Assembly (NCBI GenBank): GCA_002633005.1
Contig: NMRA01000001.1
Coordinates: 1,645,755-1,709,754, forward strand
Source: Phoronis australis
Taxonomy: Eukaryota; Animalia; Phoronida
DNA: 64,000 bases
Direction of reading: 5' to 3'
In this document: positions 38,801 to 50,829 of the stretch, in pieces
Layout: every line of letters starts with the position of its first letter
Position numbering within the stretch: the stretch's first letter is position 1
Program-made: the position numbers and the translations under genes
Notes under the pieces: model-generated
The model's input: the letters and a program-made list of their open reading frames with translations, nothing else
Databases searched by the model: none
What the model was told of the DNA's origin: nothing

Positions 38801-41800
38801 CACAATCAGAGGCGGGACAGATACATTTCTGACCAAACTCAGGTGGGACTAGCAATACGTATGATACCATCTGATAATAAAACAATATTCACACAGCTGA
38901 GAGAAACTCAGTAGTACAAAATAAGCCATATCTGTTTCAAACTTTTTTTCGGGATAAACAGTCAAAGTTAGAAATTTGCAGCTGCAGTACATCACTCAGT
39001 GGTAAATATTTACCATTGCCAATATTATATGCTCAACACAACGTCTTGGAATCGAACTTATATAAGTGACTCAGAGGTTCAGAAATTCTTCAAGACCAGG
39101 GGCACATTCCAAGAAACTGACTTAAGTTCATTTTTGACTTAAGACTAAGATTTGTCTTAACTTCCATACTTTGAAACTTCCACACCCGGTAAGATAGTTA
39201 AAATTAAGACAAAACTTTTATCAAAAATTTAATTCAAACTTAAGATCTCTTTCTTGAAATGGTCTTAAGACAAATTTAAGTTTTACCTTAAAATTTACTA
39301 AAATTTAAGATTTGTCTTAGCTAAGTCACTTTTGTTGGAACGGACCCCAGCTCTGTTCAGATTTTGAAAATTTTGGCTATTTTATATCAAAAGGAATGTT
39401 AGTCAGAGATGAAATTAGGAGAGTCTATTGAGTGTGTACCTGTTGTCTTTGTGTATGTATATTGTTGAAATGTGGTTGTGGGCCAGAGGCCTGATAAATC
39501 GCAATAAAGTCTTCATTACAAAATATTAATGGTAATTTGTGGGAGTACCATGCAAATTACCATGTTACGACCTAAGGTGATAAAATAGGAAATAGAAAAA
39601 GCTCTGAGGTGTGTATTAAGCCAATACAATAGATCGTAGGTGTGTAAAAGAATTACTAAAAATTCTGTGTGGGTGATAAGCTAGATATGGGCATTAGCCT
39701 GGATGAGTGTGTTAGAAGGAAAATCATAGACTACTTTTGTAACATGAACATTTACATGATGGCATGCAATAAAACAACTATGGCAGACTCTCTCAGGTGA
39801 CTGATTCAAATGTCTGTGTAAGACCTATTTTTATACCAAACCAAACATGGACCATCCACCCCAGTACTTACTATTTGGGCTTAAATAGCTGTAGTACTAA
39901 CTGCATAGATGGAGGAAGTTGCCCGTGTGTTTCACCAACCAGCTGGACAAATAAATTGGTTGCAGGCTCACCAGGTAAATATAACCCCCATCATAGTCAT
40001 AGCTGGACACCATTAACTTTGGGCAAGGTTAAAGTGGACACAGGGAGGTTAGAAAAAAAACGGAACTACTTTTTTGTTTTGTTGACAACATTCATTACGC
40101 TTATTACTTCTTTGTTCACACTCCAGAAATAAAACTCACCACTTTGTCGTGGACAACGAGCTTGCTAATCTTAATGCCACCATCTATTGTCAAAGTTTTG
40201 ACATCAGAGAACGGCAGTCGGTGACGGTAGTCAACAAACCTGTTGTCATTTACGTAAACCTAGCAAAACAAAAGCCAGATTAAATTCCACACAAAGCTAA
40301 TTAAGGCGAAAAAAGCAAATCTGTGGTCTGCACCCACATTTTTGAATTTGTACATCACTACTTAAAAGAATACATTGCATCAAAAAAGTTCTTAAATGCA
40401 TTCATGTTAATAATCAGCTGATCTTGAATCAGTGGCACAAGATGGTTTTCTTGTAATGATAAGCAAAGAAAATGATGTGCAAAGCTCTCTCAGTTTGTTT
40501 AATTTTGCAACTATGTGCAGTCTCACTCTCATTCGACTATCAATGTCTCACCCTGTAGCAGTCCTCCAGCACGACTATCTGAATTTCGAACTTCTCCTTG
40601 GGCTTGAATGGGAAGTTGGGTTGTTCACGCTCTTCACGGCCCCACTTTCCATCATGCTTGGTGTTACGAACCACCTTGTTCTCCGACGGACGAGGGTTAA
40701 AGTGGAATGCGATGTTACCGTCACACTCCAAGTTGATGTGGAACCTGTAAGAGGCGAGGAAATACTCTGTCAAGTTGATGCTGAGCTACATTCTTGGAAA
40801 AAGAACAATTACCGTATTTGCCCTAATAAACGCCCATTCCCCTATAAGCGCCCCCGACGTGTTTCCAGACTAAAAAAGCGCCCAGTACATTAACGTGTAT
40901 GTGCAAAAAATATTTCACCTACAGTTCTAAAATTCTACAGTAACGTCTTCTATTTATCAATAAGATCCGACAGTCCTGAAGAAAATCATTCACGGAGCGC
41001 GGAATTTATAGACCCTGAGCCTCGCCTAGCATAATAGTCAAAGGGATTCAGTGTTGTATCTTCCCGTACAGATGTTCCCTCTCAACAGGAATCCAAATTT
41101 CTTTGTACACGTGAAAACCGTGAATCGAAGACTATTAACAAATTGACCTTTATTAAAAGCTCGTGGCCAAGAAGCGCGTGCTGCATACATGTACCTGTCA
41201 TCAAAGACATAAGTCTTCAGGAACTATCTATTCATGAAATTAGTAGCATAGCATTGGCAAGAAATAAATATTGGCATTAGACTCCGAAAGTTTTTAATAC
41301 CGTAACAACATTCACATTATTTTTAGGGGGAATTATTTAATTAATAATAATTGGTATTTTTAAAGTCAAAATAACCCACTGATAGTGAACATTTGCACAC
41401 CCTTACACCCCCCGAATCTCCCGTAAAATAACTGTTAAACTGTCAGGCATCCAGTCACCTGACGACTCACTGAGACAATTCTCAAACGTTTTTTAGCAGA
41501 TGAGATCAACAAGTGCTAAATAAAACAAGTTCTGCTTTTACTGCTTGTGTTAATTTCTTTAGTTACAATGCACACCGAGACCGTTACATAACGTTTACTC
41601 TGGCAAATGAACTCTGATGACACGCATCAGCTCGCTCATTCACACAATACGCAGACGAACTCCGAAACAAACGTCACAGGACTTAATATGCAGTTAATCC
41701 CGACTCCCCTGGAACTTAAAAATCTTTGGGACACTATTTTGAAAACTTAAGGAGGACTTCAGGTAATTTGTTCTTGAGTCAAAGCTGTATTTTTATTCAA

Positions 41801-44800
41801 GAATTACATGCAGTTGCTCTATCGACGATCGCGAAGCAGCGACGCATCAGTCGGCGAGTTTTCACCCTGGAATTTCAGTACAATTTTCTGAAAAATAATC
41901 GTAATTTAACAACGAAGCTTGATAGTGCCCTGGGCCCTTATTAGGGCAAATATATGGTACAAACTACTGTTTTGTGATTTTCACACAAAAAATTGTGTCA
42001 TTTTTGATGCACACTTATGTAACATAAAATATAACCAATTTAGGACACACTATGGCTGAGAGGGGCAATTTTGTGTCTATTTTTTTTAATAAAAGAAGAG
42101 GCACCAAGGTCTATGTCATATCTGCTTTTATAAAAAAATAATTGCAGGCGGTCTGATACACGTTGTATCAGACGTGCGCAGGCCTCGCATGTGGGCCCAT
42201 TGCACTGATCACCTGGAAGTATTTTTATGCTTTATTGATATATATCTGCTTTCAAAATTGTGGACATTCTAAACATTTTTATGATTGAAGCATTTAAAAA
42301 ATGAAAAAGACGAATTTATTAGCAATTAATCGGTTCAAAATTGGCAAGATTTCACCATACACAATTTTCTCAAAACTTATTTGTACACCTGACCTCTCAC
42401 AGCTGCCTTTGACTTTGCCTTTGACTATAATGGTCCAGCCAGTTGCCAGACTCAATTCGTGTCGAAAGGGCAGTGCCTGAAACAGAATGTCATACAATCA
42501 GAGGCGGGACAGATACATTTCTGACCAATGTCAGCTTGGACTACCGATACATGTGATACCATCTGATAATAAAACAATATTTAAACAGGAACTTAGTAGT
42601 ACAAAATAGAGACCTGACTCTGCAAGTAAGCCTACACAGCAGGCCAGTTTATGCTCAGACAGGTCTTAAAATAATAATTATGTAAATTGTGGAACTGAAG
42701 AGCCATTATCTGAGAACACCTGCAAAATTACAGAATGTTAGATTTCGACAATGTGGTTTTACTAACTTGAAGGATACGAAATAATAATGGAAAAAGTAAT
42801 TTGAAAAATCCTTAAAATATTTTTGTATGAATTTCAGCACATCCAATATTCTCATGTATTCCTATGGGAGAATGTCTAACAAGAATGTCATTTCAAAAGA
42901 CTCATCAAAAAATGGTTCCAAACTATATTTTGAGCAGCATATTTCCCTACACCAAACTAAAATGAAATAAAAATATTACATCGTCAAAACCGTGGGACTT
43001 CTAGAAATTTTCAGTGAAATGCCACGTACATGTATACTTTTGCAAATTCTATGAAGATCTTAAGCATTGGAGGTAAAATTGCAGTTCACCCCAACAAGAT
43101 GTCATTTGCGTCTGTGGATATACAGCAATTGTCTTTGAAATCTGGGCTTTATTTATGTATAGACACCTGTTTTTGTTTGAATTAACAAAATTATGTTAAA
43201 TCAAGTTGTTGTATTGAACTTGCTTGGAATAGCTTATTGTCTTTAAAGTAACATCAGGGTCTTGCTCGCACTGGACAGTGTGACAATCACAACTGCGTCC
43301 GACTCCGGATTCTGGTGCAAGCTGTTCCGAACAAAGCTGAAGAAGCAGCCGCAGTGAAACTTCCCGCATACCTTTAGAAATGTGCGTTTCCTTGTGAGCC
43401 AATCAATCATGGCAAGTTTGCTTATTGTCACATTCATGGCAGAGTGTGAACATATATTTTGACATCAATAGCTCAAAGGCTAGTACTCCAGTGGTGAGGA
43501 ATTACTGGTCAAATTACACCTTCACTGACAGCTCATCTCAGTGGCTAAACACGCTAATGTTTTTGCAAGATTTATGCAAGTGAAAGGCAGTGTTTTCAAA
43601 GGGTCCTTTACAGAACATAACTCTCGGTACCATTTTCCCCAGGCATGTGAACCTTAGAGTAGAAGAAACCAAAGTGTCCTCTACATAACATCAGTGTTTG
43701 CAAGCTAGGTCCTTTCAGACAGCTATGCAGCATTAATTAAGGATTGAGACTTAACTCACTTGCAATAGGGCATTTTCCTCCTTCCGGTATTTATGCACAA
43801 ACACAAACATATCAGTGTAAAATCTATTTCAAAGTGTAACTTATGATAACCAAAACTAAGGGTATCTGATGAGAACAAAAAGAATTCTTCAAAAAAAAGG
43901 GTTGACACTAGTTGTAAGCTCAAGAGTAAAAGTTGTAAAAGCTAAAAGCCTTCACCCAGTTTTAAAGGAAAAGTTCATATTTTAACACTGACATTTTGTC
44001 AGATAGAGAATGTCACAATGATACAAGTAAAACACACAACTACCAGGATAAGCCTGAGGTTGAAAGCAGTGAAAACACGCATAATTTTCAACAATATCGG
44101 GTAACTAAAACTGGCTAATCACTGGGCCGACTTACCTTTCAAATCTTAGGAGCTAATATTGACAAAAAATAAACATGACGTGAATAATGCGCTTACATGA
44201 GAGTCAATGCATTTCTAAAGATATGCGTGACTAAATTTTCACCGCTTGTCCTTCTGAGCTGCATTTACCAGGATCAAAGAGAGCGCGGTGCAGAGTTCGA
44301 CTCAGTTGTGATGGCCGCATTGTCCGGTCGGTGAGAGCAAGACCCAATTAAGTGTAATTACCCGACCATAAACTGTAGTAAACATCTCTGCCTTTACATA
44401 TTGAAGGCGAATTTTCAACATGCATTAACCAACTGTTTAAAAACAAATACCGCAGCTGTATTCAGATGGAAAAAACAACCAAGTTTGGTTTACAATTTTT
44501 AGAAATTGATGAACTATAAAGCTAAAAACTATGAACATTTATGGGCACGATTCAAGATAAACGACTGTGCTTACTGATATACTCGGTGATTTACATACGG
44601 TGATCAGAGTTAACAATATCACGTGGATTGTTCTTTTAATAATACAACTCAGCTGCATTGAAACATCTATAAACAACACACAGTGACTAATTTAGATGTC
44701 AATAACATTTAAAACATCGCACATGGTCCAGGGCATGCCGAACTACTTTACTCGAGGAGTAGTACACTAACCGGACAAATGATATTTGCGGAAATGCTCC

Positions 44801-47434
44801 AATTTCGATAGCTATCTTGTAGTTGTAATGGAACACCTGTGAAGACAATAAGATGGCTAGCTTTGTAGTCAACTAGAGAGTGCAAGCAGTGGATGTGGTT
44901 GCCGTGGTCGGTGGGCAAGAGCTGTGATTTCATTTTGATGACTGTGGAAAAGGTAGAATAGCTATGTAGTTACTGCAACCAAAATTCTCCAGAGGTTCCA
45001 AATTCTCAGTTTGGCTATCACCATGTTTGCACTTTTGTATATATTTTATGATTTGAGTTCTAATAAAGATTGAACTTAATAATGACACGTGTAGTTTTGT
45101 TTGTTGTGACATGTTTGGTGTACAGTAACTGTAATCTAGAAGTCAGGGATGGGTTCACAATTAACTTACATCTAAGTTGTTTTGATACTTTGTTTAAAAA
45201 CAAGATAGCAACCCTAACAGGTAAAAAAACAAGCTGACAGGAGTACTAAAAATAAAGTAATGAAAACAGGTATGAAATATTTAAAACCAGCGTTCCATCC
45301 AGAAGTGGCCCGTTGTCAAGATCAACGAAAATTAACTTAATAGTCTTTTTGTAATATTTAAAATGTTTCAAGTTAAAACTACTGATCTCCACCGACATTC
45401 AAGGTACCTAAACTACACGGTCAACGGACTCATAAACATGGGTACGAACACGTGAACACGACTCACGGACCTGCAAACACCATCCACTGACTCACAAACA
45501 CGGGAACGGACTCACAAAACACGATCCACGTACCCAAATACACGGGACACGGACTCATATTCACAAGGAAACACGGTTAACGGACCGCCAAACACGCGGG
45601 TTTACGGACAAAATGGAGGTGTCAGCTGACCCAGGAAGCCGATGAGTCCGTGACCCGTGTTTGGCAGTCCGTTAACTGTGTTTCCTTGTGAATATGAGTC
45701 CGTGTCCCATGTATTTGGGTGCTTGGATCGTGTTTTGTGAGTCCGTTCTTGTGTTTGTGAGTCAGTGGATGGTTGCAGGTCCGTGAGTCGTGTCAGTGCC
45801 CGTGTTTATGAGTCTGTTGACCCTGTAGTTTAGGTACCTTGACATTGCTGGCTTTAACTCTGCAAATGCCTGAGAAAACCAATTTGGATGTAATAACCAC
45901 CATTATTATGAAAGTAGTGCTAGCTATTACCATCCATTTCATTAGCTCAGATCTACATTAATACAAAGGGCGAGCTGAATAGCCATCATTAAAGTTGTCT
46001 GGGCTTAGGGAATGGTGACCAGTGTAAGCCAGAAATTCTCCACATGAACAGTCAGAAGACAATCACTCTTTCAATTGTATTGAAATCAATAAGTGTTCAA
46101 TGTGCTTAATATTGAAAAAGTATTAAAATCAATATTCCTTTAGAATGGAAGCAGAACATAATGTTGAAAATCCTGAGCTTGGCCAAGCATAGACTATTTA
46201 ATAATGATATGACCACCGCGGTCCCAGTCATAAACTGTAAGTCGAGTCATCAGCAGCTTTCACTCAGTATCCTGCACTAAAACTTTAGGCTAAAAATAAT
46301 CAAAATAATAATACGTTGTCTGCTCTTTTGAATGATACCAAATTCATCATCTACAATACAATCTTATATTCCAAAACACTCAGAATTAGACAACGTCAAA
46401 AGGATTAACATAACCTCGTTGTGAACTCATTGACAACTCAACTTGATGTTTAGGCTGGGAAACGTATTAGAATTCACACCAGTAAGTTTCAGGTTTCCAT
46501 GCAGGTCTATCTAAAACTTGTCATTTTTGTCGAGACCTCTCTTTTTGGACACCGTACCTTGGTCAAAGTACGATTGTACTCCATTTTAGGTACAACCATC
46601 AGCTGATTACTCAGACTCAAGTGCTGACTCTCAATGAAGTCATGAAATGGCAATTTCATGGGAAAGATTTTTTTTAACACACTAACAGAAAATTATTATA
46701 CAGACTGCAACAGGAAAACTAGCACAATGTATAGGGTTTCTGATATTTTTGGACTATGGCAATGTGGCAGACTCAGGTCTAAAGTTATTTTATACTGGAA
46801 AATTGGTGCACCTCATGCAGTATTCCATGTCGGTAAGTTGACAGCCTGTGTTCACCATCCAAGAGTTTTGAAATGATCAAACGCGCTCGTTTTATTCTAA
46901 AAGCTTGTAATTTGTGTTCTGGGTGTTTGTAGTTTTTACAATTCCAGGGGTGAAACACTGGCTACAAAACACTGCAAAATGTACTGAAAAATTTGTCAAC
47001 ATCGTCTCGTGTTTACTGAAATTTGACATTGAAACTGTGGGGATGTAGTACGTCACATATAAATGGAAAATACCGACTTTGTCAAAATATGGTGGCGTTA
47101 TTCCCACGATACCCCATCAGTCAAAAAGAGATATTAAACGTATTCACCAGGAAAATTCTCAATCATGAAATCGAGTTACTTTGCTTGTAAATGTCAACAC
47201 AGTTTAGAAAACAAATGATTATTACAAATTATAAAGCCTGGTCACCAGCTGGGGGACAGAATTGGTGACAGCCTCGTGCCTAAGCTTGAAACTTAATTAC
47301 TTAAGTTGTGTGGACTGAATGAGCGAGTGTTGATGAAACACAAATGTTTCTAAGGATTAAAATATCACTTAAGGAAAACTTAAGGACTGAACAAAATTGT
47401 GCCAACATACCACATCCTCCAAAGTGTACTCCAT
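35868..47434 (-). CDS. Tandem-repeat (2-CRD) galectin, ~277 aa, both CRDs paralogous to CRD1 of the neighbouring 4-CRD galectin
   Basis: Exons: probable start 47434-47411 (MEYTLEDV, accATGG, GTATGT donor; the least certain exon), then 42476-42394, 40744-40552, 40259-40140, 38784-38702, 38341-38137, 36163-36044 and terminal 35873-35868 (CAA TAG). All GT-AG and in frame. Motifs FHFNPR, VVRN, WGxEER/WGRGER, HRLP. Confidence 0.82.
36419..37857. mobile_element. Kolobok-like non-autonomous DNA transposon in galectin intron
   Basis: TTAA TSD (36415-18, 37858-61); imperfect TIR AAGGTTCCTGAA...GCATTTTTAATG / CATATTAAAATGC...TTCAGGCCTCTC; internal inverted TGACGTCACTGAGGC / GCCTCAGTGACGTCA. Absent from the paralogous intron at ~60200-60290. 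Confidence 0.7.
39100..39347. mobile_element. PIF/Harbinger-like MITE
   Basis: TIR GGGCACATTCCAAGAAACTGACTTA / TAAGTCACTTTTGTTGGAACGGACCC; 3-bp CAG flanks both sides (39097-99, 39348-50); internal CTTAAG-rich inverted symmetry. Confidence 0.75.
40812..41957. mobile_element. Tc1/mariner (pogo/Tigger-like) non-autonomous element
   Basis: TA|CCGTATTTGCCCTAATAAACGCCC ... GGGCCCTTATTAGGGCAAATATATGG|TA. Absent at the paralogous intron positions (~38407 and ~60775). Confidence 0.85.
42129..42241. mobile_element. 113-bp insertion with 11-bp target-site duplication
   Basis: ATATCTGCTTT direct repeats at 42118-42128 and 42242-42252; a single copy of the site in the paralogous intron (~38558); imperfect inverted ends. 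Confidence 0.7.
45400..45841. mobile_element. Foldback/palindromic MITE with ~200-bp TIRs
   Basis: CAAGGTACCTAAACTAC...GTAGTTTAGGTACCTTG; arms are near-perfect reverse complements built from ACACGG..CGGACTCA sub-repeats; ACATT direct repeat on both sides. Confidence 0.9.
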
Positions 47435-47510
47435 GGTTCACAGGGCAAACAGTATCTTTCACACCTGAAACAAAATTGAGCACAAGTCAACGTGACTGAT
47501 GGCTCTACAA

Positions 47511-47940
47511 AGGGGGCTGAAATGGGCAAAACTGTGAAAAAACAAAATGAACTCTGTTCTGTAAAATCAACTCTACTTCATAAATTCATCCTATAACATA
47601 TCATTAAATACTGTTTTGTTAATTCAGTTCTATTTAATTAATTCAACCCAATTTAAAATAAAAATCAAACATATTTGAGAATTCATCTCAACTGACAGGA
47701 TTGACAAAACAAGGTCAACTTTATAAAACACGCTACATTCCCCGAAACAGATGCATCTAAACAGGGTTGTTTTACATAGAATTGAATTTGTAAAACACTA
47801 GGAATGTTTTTTAAGGAGAATTAAATTACAAAATAGGATTTAATTATATTTTAAATAGGATTGAATTTATTAAATATAGCTGGATTTACAAAACAGGGTC
47901 GGTTTTCTTTTTTCATAATTTTTGCCCTTTCTGACCCTCA
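47511..47940. mobile_element. Old mariner-like MITE (imperfect long inverted repeat)
   Basis: GGGGCTGAAATGGGCAAAACTGTGAAAAAA...CTGTTCTGTAAAATCAACT is the inverse of AGCTGGATTTACAAAACAG...TTTTTTCATAATTTTTGCCCTTTCTGACCCTC. Confidence 0.6.
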
Positions 47941-49255
47941 TAATTGCCAAAATCATGCAACCCTGTATGCACTTAAGTAACAACCTAGGTCATGTACTCA
48001 AAGTCCTACCAACAGCACAGGCCAGCTAAGACATGCACGCACACACACCTTTGACTCACTTATAAATACCAGGTTGTATGAGGTGAAAGGTCAACACAAC
48101 ACAATGGGCAAGGTGAAAGGTCAAAACCAAGACTTCCACTCAACATGAAGTGAAGTACATGAGTCCATTGAAGTTATGCGACCTATTTCAATTTCAATGT
48201 ACATCTTTTCAAGATTTTAGAATAAACAGTCTTATGTATAATACAAATATTACCTGAAACAGGAACAAACTGGTGTCCAAATTGACAGAGCCCATCACAT
48301 ATTCAGAAAACTGTGAACAATCAATGCACCTCTGAAGCCTATAGATTTTTGTCCCATTCTTCTCTTGCAGCCAAGGTAACAAACAACCTTTAATACACCT
48401 GAGGTTTGTAAGACCTCATGCTGCATGGTTTTCTACCTGTGTGCATATGGACCTAATGCGAGACTATGTAATGGAAAAAACAGCAAAATTGCACAAATGT
48501 GGTCCATCAGATCACTATAGTGTATACAAAGATATTATAGTTACACCTATAGCACCTTTGGTGTATACAAAGCACAGGTAAATTTATAGAGGGAATCATT
48601 TACGATGTAAGGAAATCTTACCAAAAACTGTGTTTTGTTTGTTTAGTTTACTGTTATTGAGTTCACTGATAAAACAAAGGGTAAGAAGAAAACATCACAG
48701 AACTTGGAAAAATGTTTTGCTACCACCCCGGTATTGAAAACTCATTAAGAAACTCTCTTATATGAAGGCCACCACCTTAATGTTATCTGGTTTTAAATCA
48801 TGTCATCTAAAAAATGAACACTAGCAGTTCGCTCAGGACTTTCAATCACCCAGGTGGGCGTGGTAGGTATTTGGGATGGTCTCTCAGAATAGCATTATGT
48901 CTATGCGAGTTAGAACTTTGTCCGACCTCGAAAATGAGACAAAAACTAATTTCCCACTTGAACTGCCTGTCATTTTTGCAGATGGCATTTTGTTTAAATA
49001 CATTTATCTAGATATTTTTCTACTCTAAACTGTGCTCAATAATACAGGTTTCATACTTACACAATAGATGGCACTTTGAATCACCAAGATGTCGAGATGG
49101 ACTCAGAAACTCTCAGAACAAGGTTGGCATGACAATTCCTTCGACTAGGCTCCCTCAATGATGACTCTTGATTTAAAAAAATTAATTTGCTACAGCATTT
49201 GAGGAATTAATTAATCCCTAATCTTGGTAATTTGACTATCAAATTTCCAATTATG

Positions 49256-49545
49256 CATAGGAAATTTGCCACGTGACCTACCAAATCTCGCTGGTTCCCT
49301 GCGTGCCGCTAGGTGGCAGCTAGCATGCAGATATCACTTAATGTTCCGTGGGAAATTTTTTACACCGGCATTTCTGATTGGCAGGTTGAATTCTCAACAG
49401 GCAGAGCTTTACGCAAACAAATTGGCAAGAATGATGGAGGAAGTGTAAATGTGGTCTCTTGTACAGACAAATCGGTGCTTAAAATTTATGTTCAGGAAAT
49501 GTGAATCCCAGAAATTGTGGTTGAGCCTTTTCGGAGTGCATCTTT
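49256..49545 (+). repeat. Dispersed repeat, second copy of the element at 1-275
   Basis: High similarity to the reverse complement of the window start; contains CTCF-like CCGCTAGGTGGCAG. Confidence 0.85.
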
Positions 49546-50829
49546 CTACTTTTGTTTACAATACTGTCCTGTATTAATACAGGATGAATAATTAAAACAC
49601 CTGTTAAATCGGCCAGTACAGTGTTTTTTGTACACATGTGCTTCAATCACACGGCTATTAAACATTACTGCAGAAACGAAAGGCACTAAAAATCCTTCAT
49701 GGTCCGCCATTTTTTCAAGTTGTTGTAAAGCTAACCGAGGTTACATCAACCAATGCTAAAGCGTGTGCTACTGCGTGATACCTGCCAGCTGCACGTAAGG
49801 AACCACCGAGCCTACTAAATCAGATCAGTTCCAAAAACGTGTCAGTTGTTATTGGTGGACAGTCACAATGTGTTCTTTGTTAGCAGCTCAATGAAAAAAA
49901 TTCCTATACACGTTATTTATCAGGCACGAGTTCTTCATCCTCGTACCTGTCAAGAGTCTTCCAAAAGTTTGTTTCCCCGTCATACAGAGCATATTCATAC
50001 AACATATGTTTTCATTCACACTCCTTGGGTCATCGGTTATATTGGGCGAGTCATTTATGGGCAAGGGCAATGTCATATTTTTTTCAGCGAGTCGACGGCA
50101 TTATAACTTCGCGTAAGAAACCAACTTTTTAAAAATATATACGATTAACCTATGCCGGAAGCTATCAACCAGCGTAAAATCACAGGTAACTCGAGGGCTT
50201 TGAAAGAATCGAGAGACGGTTATTGCTTGAGACTGAGGCACTATACATTAACCCGTCACAGAGTGTCATCTCTTATGCGTGCAGCGCCAATAAAGCTGCC
50301 AGTTCCTTGAAAACCCAAAAATGACTTTCATCCCAGGTTAGGAAGGACCAAGTTGAAACCAAGTTGTCAAAATCAATTTTTCTTCTTGGTCAAAATACCA
50401 CAGGGCTTGGAATGACCCGAATGACATAAAAATGAAATTTTCCAGTTGATGTATAATTGTTCCACAAATAAATAGGCTTGTGTGATAGAAATATTTTACG
50501 TCCTGTGAAATTTAACTGTAATAAACATGATTGCATGAATAAAGTCAAAACAGTGACCAAACGAGATGAAATAGAGGAAACTTGAAATCCAATCTGAAAA
50601 TTGAACTAAAAGAGGAAACCCTATTAAATGAGGAATTCCAAGCCCTGATACCAGAAGAGAAAACTGAATAGTTTTGAAGTTGGGATTTAAATAAATAAGA
50701 AGAGCAACGCGGAGCATTGAAATGCGCCCACGAATGCATCGCAAATGGTGTGCTTTTAGGGTTATTTGTATCATAAAAATGGCCACAAAAACGTACAATC
50801 CATCCAAGTACAGCTATATATGGATGCAA

